DNA from: Octopus vulgaris
Taxonomy: Eukaryota
Length of the DNA: 64,000 nt
Direction: 5' to 3'
Assembly (NCBI GenBank): GCA_951406725.2
Contig: OX597835.1
Location: forward strand, 14,632,001-14,696,000
The first letter of the stretch is position 1. Every line of letters starts with the position of its first letter. Shown in pieces: positions 26,576 through 39,094 of the stretch. The notes beneath the pieces were generated by a model. That model made no database searches. It saw nothing but the letters and a program-made list of their open reading frames with translations, and was not told where the DNA came from. Position numbers and translations under genes: made by a program.

Positions 26576-26735
26576 TATGACGGGCTTCTTTCAGTTTCTG
26601 TCTACCAAATCCACTCACAGGTCTTTAGTCGGCCCGAAGCTATAGTAGAAGACACTTGCCCAAGGTGCGACACAGTGGGACTGAACCCAGAACCATGTGG
26701 TTCGTAAGCAAGCTACTTACCACACAGCCACTCCT
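26329..26735 (-). mobile_element. SINE B
   Basis: Reverse complement of the B consensus. Confidence 0.92.
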
Positions 26736-27791
26736 TCATGCTGGGAAATATCTAATATGGTTGACAGAAACTATCACCATTGCTTACCGTGAAGCATTAC
26801 TATCTTTTGAGACGAAAATCTCCAGTTAAGCGACCTGAATAGCTTTAAGCAAGTCTTCACTCGTTCTCCTTTCTGTTAAAGATGTGAACACGGAAGAATG
26901 CAACTTACTGGTTTAACATTCCCTGGTAGGTTTAAATGGCGGCTTGACGGATGATACATATTTTCTTCGACGTTAAAAAAATATCAGGAAGCTGTGTACT
27001 TTGTGATATCCACCATGAGTATCTTCGATATAAATATTAAAAAGAAAAACTTGATTTAAATTAAGAAACAGAAACTTAACTGTACAGCACTTATCTTCAG
27101 ACGTTTTTCACACAGAATCTTTATAAATATTAATTTCTCTTATATTCTAAGATGTCAGATAAACCGGATTGTGTGAATGCAATGGAATGATAAAACGAAC
27201 ACTTAGTTTTCCACAAATATTTTGAACAGTCATCTATAGAAAGTATTCACAAAGAAAATAAATTATAGAGCATCCGTTTTTATCGCAACAATATTTCCTT
27301 AAACGTAGAATAAAATGTTATTTCTAGTATAGCAACAACAATTCTTTTGTGCTATTATGAAATATTAAAAACATTTCTTTTAAACTACATTATTCCAACA
27401 AGAAATATATTAAAGAAATAAAAATTTCAAAACCATATTCTGTAAATAGAAAAGCATGTAACATCTTTCTTCAAAGAACTGGTAGTTGTCTGGATTGTTG
27501 CTGTTTTAAATAAGGTAGCCGAAAGCAATTTTAATCGAATTTACAGCCGTAAATTTATAAAAATTTTGAGATGTCGTTCAGTCAATATGGAGAATTAATG
27601 TTAGCGTGACATCGTTAACGTTCCACCTAGAACTCGCGGCAGTCAGTGAGTAAATAACGTCTTCTACTCAGATCATAGTATGTCCGAATGTAGGGGTTGT
27701 ACGCATCGTGTTCGTTCGAATACGTATAAGTGTGGTCTATCAAGTCGTAAATACAGCAGTGAGGTGAGCACTTTTACATTATATATATATA

Positions 27792-27970
27792 GGCGCAGGA
27801 GTGGCTGTGTGGTAAGTAGCTTGCTAACCAACCACATGGTTCCGGGTTCAGTCCCACTGCGTGGCATCTTGGGCAAGTGTCTTCTGCTATAGCCCCGGGC
27901 CGACCAATGCCTTGTGAGTGGATTTGGTAGACGGAAACTGAAAGAAGCCTGTCGTATATATGTATGTATG

Positions 27971-28005
<35 letters not shown>

Positions 28006-28212
28006 GTGTTTGTGTATCTGTGTTTGTCCCCCTAGCATTGCTTGACGACCGATGCTGGTGTGTTTACGTCCCCGTCACTTAGCGTTTCGGCAAAAAAGAG
28101 ACCGATAGAATAAGTACTGGGCTTACAAAGAATAAGTCCCGGGGTCGATTTGCTCGACTAAAAGCGGTGCTCTAGCATGGCCGCAATCAAATGACTGAAA
28201 CAAGTAAAAGAG
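27792..28212 (+). mobile_element. SINE B, full length
   Basis: B consensus. Confidence 0.92.
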
Positions 28213-28228
28213 TGTGTGTGTGTGTGTA

Positions 28229-28260
<32 letters not shown>

Positions 28261-28448
28261 GAATGAGAGAAAGATTGATAAACAGGCATCTCTTGTATAG
28301 TTTTATTTTGGTTATTATTGTTTCGTTTCGTATTTCTATGCTTTTTTTTTTCCGCCGGGTATTGTAATTTTCGAATTTCAAATATTAAATTGCTTCTCTC
28401 CCCACCACCTTCCTCATCATCTTCTTCGTGTTACTTTTATTTGATCTC

Positions 28449-28486
<38 letters not shown>

Positions 28487-28624
28487 TCTGTATCTATGTG
28501 AACGAGTGTCTGCTGGCCATGTCTGTATATCTGTCGACTTGCCTGCCTGTTTGTCTGTTTGTATGTATATGTTCTGATTTCATTTTCAGATTTCTCACCA
28601 GCAGAGAGAAAGAATCGAGTTAAA

Positions 28625-28797
28625 TTGTGCCGGTGTCTTGTTAAAAGCACCCACCAAACTCTTTAAAGGGCTTGGTGTTAGGGAGGGTATCCAGCTGTAG
28701 AAACCATGCCAAATCAGGACGGAACCTAGTGCAGCTCACCAGCTTGCCATCCGACCCATTCTCACATGGAAAATGGACGTTAAAGGGTGATGATGGT
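28625..28797 (+). mobile_element. 3' fragment of a further SINE/LINE-tail family
   Basis: ttggtgttagggagggtatccagctgtagaaacc...catggaaaatggacgttaaa followed by a (gat)n tail; a related reverse fragment lies at about 49440-49515. Confidence 0.6.
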
Positions 28798-28914
28798 GTG
28801 TGTGTGTTTAGACGTATGACAAGATTCCTCTTGTTTATAAGTAAGCATGCATGGCTCCGGAGGTGAATGTTACAGCATATATTGATGTGACTAGTTTTGC
28901 TATACATACATACA

Positions 28915-29465
28915 CACTCGCACGCATATATACATAGATGCAAGCACATACACACTCGCATGCATACACACACACTCGCGTACATGCACACACACACACA
29001 CACTCGCGTACATGCACACACACACACACTCGCGTACATGCACACACACACACACACAATCGCGTACATGCACACACACACACACACTCGCGTACATGCA
29101 CACACACACACACACACACACTCGCGTACATGCACACATACACACACACTCGCATACATGCACACATACACACACACTCGCGTACATGCACACACACACA
29201 CTCGCGTACATGCACACACACACACTCGCGTACATGCACACACACACACTCGCGTACATGCACACATACACACACTCGCGTACATGCACACATACACACA
29301 CTCGCGTACATGCACACACACACACACTCGCGTACATGCACACACACACACTCGCGTACATGCACACACACACACTCGCGTACATGCACATACACACACT
29401 CGCGTACATGCACACACACACACACACACACTCGCGCGCATGCATATAAGCACACTCGCGCGCAT
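28915..29465. repeat. Minisatellite with core ctcgcgtacatg and variable (CA)n spacer
   Basis: About 20 copies. Confidence 0.95.
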
Positions 29466-29638
29466 GCACACACACACACACACACACTCACAATCACTCA
29501 CGCACACACACGCACTCACTCACACACGCTCACGCACACGCACTCAAGCACACGCACACACTCACGCACTCGCACGCATGCACACACACTCACGCATACA
29601 CGCACACTCACTCACGCACTCGCACGCATGCACATACA

Positions 29639-29686
<48 letters not shown>

Positions 29687-30015
29687 TATGGCTGCATGTC
29701 TACGCTTCTGTATACTTATTAGAAGCCATACTTCCGGAACGTTTTACCTATTTTCACAGTGTTACCTTTAATAGTTTGCAATAGAAATTTCCTAATTAGC
29801 CGTGTCCTTTCTGGGTTTTGTGGGGCCCATCCTATGAGGAACGGTGCAAAGGCAGCTAGTCCCGTATCCAGATACTCCACTAAATCTCAAATTACATCGA
29901 GTCGAGTAACTTCAGAGTTCACATTCGTTCGCCATTAAAGTTTCCTATTTCCTTCGGTAATCTTTAACATGCGGTTAACATCTGCGAACCAACAGACTTT
30001 CACTTTTATGTACAA

Positions 30016-30527
30016 CTAGCAGTATTGCCCGGCGTTGCTCGGGTTTGTAAGGGAAATAACTATATAAGCATTTTTAGAGAGTTAATTCCCTTATAGATGC
30101 CAATTCGGGCTTTCTTAGCCATTTCTGTTTTAGTGTCTTCAAGCCATGAAGTCGTTGTTCTAAAAGAACGCTGGTCTCCTTGACAACGCTTTACGACGTT
30201 AATTTCCTTACACTCCCTTCCCCACAGCTTCACGAGGGAGGAAGAAGGGGAGAAGCAAACAGGTGCAGGTGTGACCATGGACGCCAACTCCGCCGCCATC
30301 GAAACACGAAAAATTATGCATTAAAATGGAATAAAAAAATGATGTTAAATTATTTTTAAAATCGTAGACTCATCGTAGACGCGCGCTAATACTCAGACAG
30401 GCTCGATATGAATCACGACTATAAGATACCCGAATTTGGCTAAACTGCACCGCAAAATGTGGGAGTAGTTAGGAATCTAAATCGAAGGGGACAGACACTC
30501 ACACAACTACAATTTTATATATATAGA
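30016..30527 (-). mobile_element. Non-autonomous Helitron
   Basis: 5' end A|TCTATATATATAAAA; 3' hairpin cccgagcaacgccggg then caatactg-CTAG|T. Confidence 0.88.
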
Positions 30528-31004
30528 TTTGCAAGATTTGCAAGATATGCATCTTATAAAAGTCTTGACAGGAGCATCCTACCTACTAGTATCCTGTCAT
30601 TTCCTTTCGGCGGATTGCACTGTTCAGGTTTTGCAACGATACCCTGGTTCAAAATTAGACATACCCCAGCTTGTGTCTGTAGTTGGTTCCAACACATACG
30701 ACTTAACTCGAAAAACACGAATGAAACATTTTAAAAACTTCATTACTTAATATCTGTTTTAATAAATGGTTTCTTCATATTTTAGATGTATTTTATTTAA
30801 TTTTCCATATTGGTTTCAGTTTTCTTTTTTTATTAATTTCTATGCTTTTAAATATGATCGAGATTGACGTGAAGTTGAACAAATTGACTAATGGTGAAAC
30901 TTATTTTCATCAATCAATTTCTATTAAGAAAAAAAAAAAACAGACGTTAAGTCATAAACTCGAAACAACGTAAGCAAATTTTCGGGCAGCCACTAATATG
31001 TTGT

Positions 31005-31340
31005 GGTGTATGGCTCTGTGGTTAGAGCGTCGGGCTCACAATCATGGGTTTGATTCCCAGGTCAGGTTGTGTGTTGTGTTCTTGAGCAAGACTCTTTATT
31101 CCACGTTGCTCCAGTTCACTCAGCTGTAGAAATGAGTTGCAATGTCACTGGTGCCAAGCTGTATCAGCCCCTTTGCCTTTCCCTTGGATAACGCTGGTGG
31201 CGTGGAGAGGGGAGGCTGGTATGCACGGCTGACTGCTGGTCTTCCAGAAACAACCCTGCCCGGACTTGTGCCTTGGAGGGTAAATTTTCTAGGTACAATC
31301 CCACGGTCATTCTTGACCAAAGGGGTTCTTTACCCTTTAC
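31005..31340 (+). mobile_element. SINE D
   Basis: tRNA-like head tggctctgtggttagagcg followed by gtgttcttgagcaagac...ttgctccagttcactcagctg. Confidence 0.88.
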
Positions 31341-31359
31341 CTATAACACAGGGAACAAG

Positions 31360-32370
31360 GGAACATCCTTAGATAATCCCACAATTTCTGCGTCACTTGT
31401 AGTGTTTTGCCGAAAGGAAATGAACTGAAAGTGATTGTGGAGGGCAGATTTCCGAGATGCCATGTCTGTGGCATGACAAAGCATTTTCGGGCGTTTTGCA
31501 CACAAAACAAGCGAGGGGACGGGCCTATCACCGATGTCAGCCATTTCCACAACAACATCTACAGGAAAATAAAAGGAAGTGATGCAACATCTTCTCAAGG
31601 CAGAACCACAGCGGCGGCTCCAGCTGAGGTGGAAGGAGCGACAACAGAAAAAGCGCCAGAAACAGAAACATCAGCAGCAGTTGTAGAAATAAAACCAGCC
31701 CCAGAACCACCACCACCACCACCGTTTCCATCAAAATGGACAAGCACTTTAAAAGAGAGGACCTGCCGGTTTTTGTCCCAACCCAGCTCTCCATCTCCTC
31801 TCTATCAAACACATGATCATACATAGACAAGCACACAAACACAAGCACACACCCGAAGTGGGGATGAAGAGGAAGAAAAACAAGCCAAAAGAAAGCACAA
31901 GAGAAAAACATCCGGATCAACACAAACATCGGCCAACACAAAAAGTACTTATTTCTTTACTGCCCACAGTAGGGGCTAAACACAGAGGGGACAAACAAGG
32001 ACAGACAAACGGATTAAGTCGATTACATCGACCCCAGTGCGTAACTGGTACTTAGTTTATCGACCCCGAAAGGATGAAAGGCAAAGTCGACCTCGGCGGA
32101 ATTTGAACTCAGAACGTAACGGCAGACGAAATACGGCTACGCATTTCGCCCGGCGTGCTAACACTGACAACAAACCCTCCAGCGCAACAACCGCTTACGC
32201 AACAAAAGCTATCACCACCAGCACAACCAACACCACCACAACCGCACCTATCCCCAAAAGAAAGCTTCCGGAAGAACAGTTAAATTCTCAGACCCCGAAT
32301 TTTGTGCTAATGGGTTGGACAAATAAAGATCCCATGGCCCTCATATCTCAAAATAAAGAGATCGAGTGAG
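31360..32370 (+). pseudogene. LINE ORF1/gag-like relic with CCHC zinc knuckle, interrupted by SINE A1 (31948-32163, minus strand)
   Basis: LKVIVEGRFPRCHVCGMTKHFRAFC fits CX2CX4HX4C, followed by low-complexity A/T/P/K-rich frames with frameshifts. Confidence 0.55.
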
Positions 32371-33409
32371 TTGAAGTAATTCATGTCACATGCGTCCTTC
32401 AAGTGCTAGAAGAGCTGTTGTTAGTGCGTATGCCACTAACAACGTATTTACGACTGCGTAGACTCACTAATACGTATTTCGAACGATCGCGATACGCACG
32501 ACTCCTACATCAAGATATATCCTGATCTGGTTAGCACACATTTATTTACTCAATATTCAAGATTTCTGCCTCAGGTGTGTAGACTTGGTTTTCAGATGCA
32601 GTATCGTCTTTGCTGGTCAGATGTTGCCGAAGGGAAATGAAGCTACATGCGAAAGCTGTTTAAAGCGTTATATAAGCCTTTGGCATTTTGTTTTCGTTTT
32701 AAGTTAGGTTGATATACTTCACTGAAGTGGAAATTTCTGTTATGGGTTAATACTTTTCATGTTTTAACATCAATAACCTCGCTCTCACTTACGGTCTATA
32801 GAAATGCATCGTGTGTCAACTGGTTGTTTGTGCAAAGTGCTGAAAATCTTATTGTTTTATTCTGCGGTTATATTCCTTGTTTACGATATGTTTCTTAAAA
32901 GAAATGTGTTCCTTCATGCCTAAATACATGTAGCATACTTCATTAAATATCGAAGAAATATTCGGGCCCTGGATGGATACGGGGCGATGTATTGTGTGTG
33001 GGTTTCAGCAAAGGTATATGGGTGTAGTTGACTCCAGAAATCAGGGGTTTTTTTACCAATAAAAAATCTTCGTCTGAGGATTATTTTGGGGCTTAATAAG
33101 ATGTGAATTGACCTGAGGTCGCACACGCGTGCATGCGCAGACATGGCTGTGCGGTTAAGGAACTCGCTTTTTTACCACTTAGTTTTGGGTTCAGTCCGAC
33201 TGCATGGTACCTTGCGTGTGTGGATGAAATAGATAGTAACTATGCGTGAAAGGTCGCCGGATGCACACACACACACACTCAGAATAGCTAGTTGTAAAGT
33301 CTCAATGAGATGAGAGAAGTATACTAACAAGTAAAGCTAATCTCTACAACAATGTGGCTGTTCCATGTTACTACTAGTTTAACCCCAGGCAGATCTGTCA
33401 GTTCATTAT

Positions 33410-33617
33410 CTGTTTCTTTACTACCCACAAGGGGCTAAACATCGAGGGTACAAACAAGGACAGACAAACGGATTAAGTCGATTACATCGATCCCAGTGCG
33501 TAACTGGTACTTAATTTATCGACCCCGAAAGGATGAAAGGCAAAGTCGACCTCGGCGGAATTTGAACTCAGAACGTAACGGCAGACGAAATACGGCTGCG
33601 CATTTCGCCCGGCGTAG
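33410..33617 (-). mobile_element. SINE A1, 5' truncated
   Basis: A1 consensus. Confidence 0.9.
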
Positions 33618-34096
33618 CGCATCACTGCATCCTGTACGTAAATATTGCCAGCAGGAAAGCAAACCAATACCATCTTCCAGCAGACAAAAGGATCGCGAGA
33701 CCGATTCGGTTTCGAGCTAGTTTCCTCATCCTCAGTCACGAACACTTGGTCGCCAGAGAGATGGCCAGAGTCCGCTCCAGCCAGCAATATATTATAAACA
33801 AAGCGACCATCGGTCACTGATTTACTGCAAGCAAAATAGCTAGTTGCTGGCAATATATATGTATAGGGTGCAGTGTTGCACCGATAACCAGCTTGTGTGT
33901 GTGTGTGGGTGGGTGTCACCATCACTTCATGGCCGGTGTTGGTTTGTTTACATCTCCGTAACTTACGATTCGACAGAAGATATGGATAGAACACGTACCA
34001 GACTTCAAAAGCAATAAGCACTGGTCTCCATTTGTTTGGCTAAACCCTTTGAAGGCAACACCCCTCCCCCCAGCGGAACCGCTTTCTTACGACCGA

Positions 34097-34131
<35 letters not shown>

Positions 34132-34136
<5 letters not shown>

Positions 34137-34362
34137 CTTTACTACCCACAAGGGGCTAAACACAGACGGGACAAACAAGGACAGACAAACGGATTAAGTC
34201 GATTATATCGACCCCAGTGTGTAACTGGTACTTAATTTATCGACCCCGAAAGGATGAAAGGCAAAGTCGACCTCGGCGGAATTTGAACTCGGAACGTGAC
34301 GACAGACGAAATACAGCTACGCATTTCGCCCAGCGTGCTAACGTTTCTGCCAGCTCGCCGCC
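34132..34362 (-). mobile_element. SINE A1 inserted in (TA)n
   Basis: A1 consensus with TA repeats on both sides. Confidence 0.92.
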
Positions 34363-34447
<85 letters not shown>

Positions 34448-34687
34448 TTTTAATTGCATAGTTTCGCTGATTGAAATCGTTATGCATTTAAACGTAGTAA
34501 GCAATTAACGATAATCTCACACCTAGCGATAAATTACAAGATTTCTATAGAAAGCCAGCAATAAGATCTTGCGGTTCTGTTTACAGATACCTGGCGCCCA
34601 TCACCAGCTGATGCAAAGTTACCATTTTACATACCTTATTTACAATGAAGATTTACTTAAAGAAGAACTGTTTAAAATACACAATGT

Positions 34688-34769
34688 GTATATATATATA
34701 TATATATTTTTTTTTTTTAATTTTTATCTAGTTTCAGCTCACAAGCTGTGGCCATGCTGGGGCACCGCC

Positions 34770-34826
<57 letters not shown>

Positions 34827-35067
34827 TGAGTGTATTTTTACCTTGTTAACAATTAACACGGAAAAAAAAAATAAATAGTTACCAGGGCAGCAAAAATCTC
34901 ACAAGTAAAGGTGTTGTAACTCCTTGTTTATAAAGGTAGAAACTTCGTGTTTACGTTGAATATTTTGAATAATATGAATAAAAATATGAATATATATATA
35001 TATATATTTTTTTTTAAATTTTTATCTAGTTTCAGCTCACAAGCTGTGGCCATGCTGGGGCACCGCC

Positions 35068-35124
<57 letters not shown>

Positions 35125-35277
35125 TGAGTGTATTTTTACCTTGTTAACAATTAACACGGAAAAAATAAATAAATAGTTACCAGGGCAGCAAAAATCTCAC
35201 AAGTAAAGGTGTTGTAACTCCTTGTTTATAAAGGTAGAAACTTCGTGTTTACGTTGAATATTTTGAATAACATGAAT

Positions 35278-35290
<13 letters not shown>
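34688..35290. repeat. About 300-bp near-perfect tandem duplication bounded by (TA)n
   Basis: Each unit is a SINE-B-like tail fragment, then (TA)n, then gaatgagtgtattttt...gaataaaa. Confidence 0.92.
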
Positions 35291-35326
<36 letters not shown>

Positions 35327-35669
35327 GTGTGTGTGTGTGTAGTTTAAAATAGTATATATCGAAATTTGAACTTTGGTAGTCTTTGATACTTTGACACGGT
35401 AAGAATAACTTGAAAACATTAGTCCTTTTGATGTTGTTTGTAAACATGAGATGCTAACTACAGACGTTTTAACGCATCATGAAAATAGAAGCTTCCGGAA
35501 CGACTTCACTCATTTCACATAAATATTAATTTTGTTATATTTTGATTTTCTTTCACTCCAATCGGAAATAGCCTGATACAATTAACTAATTATCAAGTCA
35601 ATTTTACAAATATTTCTGTACAAATGTGTGTCTGAGTCTATGTAAATGTAACTGTTTTATATATATATA

Positions 35670-35724
<55 letters not shown>

Positions 35725-36699
35725 AAAAAAGAAAAACAGATTGAAAGTTGTTTTCATTTTTAGACACCTTTTCTCATTTTGAAGACATGACAGTTTAGGA
35801 AATATTTTCGTTAGAAAAGCACGCTCCAGTATTGCGTGGCTTTTGCAAATTGAATCTATATACGTGAGAAAAACCCCTAGTTAATTTGACAATTTTTCTA
35901 TTTTTAAGAACCTTTTTGTACTTTTGGAAACATTTATTTTCAGAGACTTTTTTTTTTTTACAAAAGCACACCTTCCTATTGTTGTTACTTTCGTACATTG
36001 AACCTCTTTCAGATTTTTTGGTTTCTTTTTCAAAGTGTTTGTGATTAGGCTCACGTTTTGTGTTGGGATTGAGATGTGATACAGCTATAGTTAGTGTTGT
36101 TTCAGTTGAAAACCCGAAAACAAATGTGGCTTTTAAAGAGGAGTTTATCGATTACCGTCAAAAACTGTTGAGCAATTCTCATCCATCTTAAATGGTGATT
36201 ATACATTAAAAAGAAATATAAGCATGAAAACCTGCAAAAAAAAAAAAAAGAAGCAGCGAATTATCTGCATCGTTAGAGCGACGGACAGAATGCTCTGAGG
36301 TATTTTTTCTGATTCTAAGTTCAAATACTCGAAGTCAACTTTGGCTTTCATCCATTCAGAGACAAGGAAAGCACCAATCCAGGGCGATGGATTAGCGGAA
36401 ATATTAGGAAGTCAAGCGAGAAGGCTTGTTCGAGTGATGTCTTGATTATTATAGCCTCAACTCTGCCCCGATAGAGACCTTCGTTTAATGGAATCCATCA
36501 ATAGCCATTCCGACTCTTTACATTTCTGACAAAGTGCCTTCCAAACAATGGTACTAGGCTCTATTGGCCCAAGTCCACGTCTTTGGATAAACGTTGGTGA
36601 CCTGAAGAGAGGAAGCTTGTATGCGTGGATAACTGCTGGCCATTCTGGAAAAAAAATCTTGTCTAGGCCTGCACCGATATGTACATATCGGCATTGACC

Positions 36700-37135
36700 G
36701 CAGGCTTTGTGGTAGGAAACTTGTTTCCCAACCACATCGTTCCGGGTTCAGTCCCATTGTGTAGCACCTAGGTGCTTCCCAATCACATGGTTCCGGGTTC
36801 AGTCCCACTGCGTAGCACCTTGGGCAGGTGTCTTATACTATAGCTTTGGGCCGACCAAAGCCTTGTGAGTGGATTTTGTAGACGGAAACTGAAAGAAGCC
36901 CGTCATATATATGTGTGTGTATCTTAGAACCTCTGTTTGTCCCCACCCACCATTGCTTGACAACTGATATCGGTGTGTTTACGTTCCCGTAACTTAGCGG
37001 TTCGGCAAAAGAGGATAGAATGAGTACTAGTCTTACAGAGAATAAGTCCTGGGGTTCAATTTCTCCGACTAAAAAACCCTTTATGGCGATGCTCTAGCAT
37101 GGCTGCAGTCAAGTGATTGAAACAAATAAAAGAAT
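36700..37135 (+). mobile_element. SINE B with duplicated head segment
   Basis: ttcccaa.cacat.gttccgggttcagtccca occurs twice (about 36725 and 36776). Confidence 0.85.
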
Positions 37136-37233
37136 ATATGAGAGAAAAGAAAGCTAGTTACTGCTGGATCATTTTTGTACATTGGTCAACACTATAGCAG
37201 TTGACCTGGGGTTAAAATAAACTACTACTACTG

Positions 37234-37615
37234 TGGAAGCACTCCGTCGGTTACGACGACGAGGGTTCCGGTTGATCCGATCAACGGAACAGCCTGCTCG
37301 TGAATTTAACGTGTAAGTGGCTGAGCAATCCACAGACACGTGTACCCTTAACGCAGTTCTCGGGGATATTCAGCGTGACACAGAGAGTGACAAGGCCGGC
37401 CCATTGAAATACAGGTACAACAGAAACAGGAAGTAAGAGTGAGAGAAAGTTGTGGTGAAAGAGTACAGCAGGGATCACCACCATCCCCGCCGGAGCCTCG
37501 TGGAACTTTAGGTGTTTTCGCTCAATAAACACTCACAACGCCCGGTCTGGGAATCGAAACCGCGATCCTACGACCGCGAGTCCACTGCCCTAACCACTGG
37601 GCCATTGCGCCTCCA
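37234..37615 (-). mobile_element. SINE C1, full length, inserted in (ACT)n
   Basis: Reverse complement of 46753-47125; actactactac on both flanks. Confidence 0.92.
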
Positions 37616-38214
37616 CACTACTACTACTACCACCGCCACCACCAGACAATTGCATTCTTAATAAATAATAGAGAAATTGAACAGAATCTCTAGAAAGTAG
37701 AGCTTTGTTTTTTTAATTTCTATTGGGTATTGTAGGAAAATATTTTTCAATAAATTGTATTTCTCGTATAATGTAAGGCGTTCGATCTTGACTTTGCTGT
37801 CGTTCGATTCGGGATTGTAAATTGTGGTGTTGATTAACTGGTCGTCTGCACGGTCTAAATCCGACATTGAATCGCCTTGAGCTTGCTTTTCCCAACTATC
37901 AAAGTTAAATGGGGTGTGAAGTTCTAAAGAAGCGAATTAACCAGGGATTGTTTGATCCTTAAGGAATGGAACTTTTCAAAGTTAATAGCTTCATATTTCA
38001 TTAGATATTCTATCGCAAACACGAGAGAGATGCTGTGGTTGTTGCTAGGAATAAATGGATTATACGACGGAGTAGTTTCTCTGTGCTTATAATAATAATA
38101 ATAATAATGATAATGATAGATGAAAACCCAACGCTGGCAATATGCTAAAACGTTTTAGAAACAGTCATGTGTGAGACTAGATTTTATTCATATTCACTTG
38201 AAATAATAATTCTT

Positions 38215-39090
38215 TGTCCAATAGGCACAAGGGCGGCAACATTTTTAGAGAAAGGAAGTTGATTGCACCACCCTTAGTGCTCAACTGGTACGTTATTGTA
38301 TCGGTTCTGAAAGGGCGAAAGGGCAAATTTGACCTCGGCGGCATTTGAACTCGCAATGTAAAGAGTCGGAGAAATGTAGGTAAGCATTTTGTTCGACAAT
38401 TTGCCTGTTCTATTGCTCTCGTAATAATAATGCTTTCAAATTATGACTAAAGGCGAGCAATTTTAGAGGGCTGAGACAAGTGGAAAACATGTACCCCCGT
38501 GATCAACTACCCCGAAACGGCGAAAGGTGAGGTTGGTTTCGGTTGCATATGAACTCAGAACGCAAAGAATCGGAAGAAAAGCTGCTAAGCATTTGGTCCG
38601 GCACACTCTCGATTCTATCAGCTGACAATAGTTTCAGGTTTTGACGCAAGGCCAGCAATTTAAGGGTGGTGGGGTGGGGGCAAGTCGATTACATCAACTT
38701 CCAGTACTTCACTGATGCATTATTTTATCAACCCCCAAAAGGAAGAAAGGCAAAGGTGACCGGCGAGATTTGAACTCAGAACGTAAAGAGACAAGAAATT
38801 CCACCGAGCGCACTAAGGATTCCTCCAGTTGATGATGATAATGATGATAATAATAATAATAATAATAATAATAGTCCTTCCAACAAAAGGCATAAGGACT
38901 GATATTTGGGGGAGGGGACTGGTCGATCACATCGACCCCAGTGTTTCACTGGTACTTACTTTATTGACTCAGAAAGAATGAAAGGCAAAGTCGGCCTCGG
39001 AGGAATTTGAACTCAGAACGTAGTGACAAATGAAATACTGTTAAGCATTTCGCCCGGTGTGCTAACGATTCTTTAAGCTCGTTGCCTTTA
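38215..39090 (-). mobile_element. Chain of four degenerate co-oriented SINE A2 copies, mostly separated by (TAA)n
   Basis: Repeated gaaaggcaaa.tcgacctcggc.g.atttgaactc cores at about 38320, 38520, 38750 and 38980. Confidence 0.8.
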
Positions 39091-39094
39091 ATAA

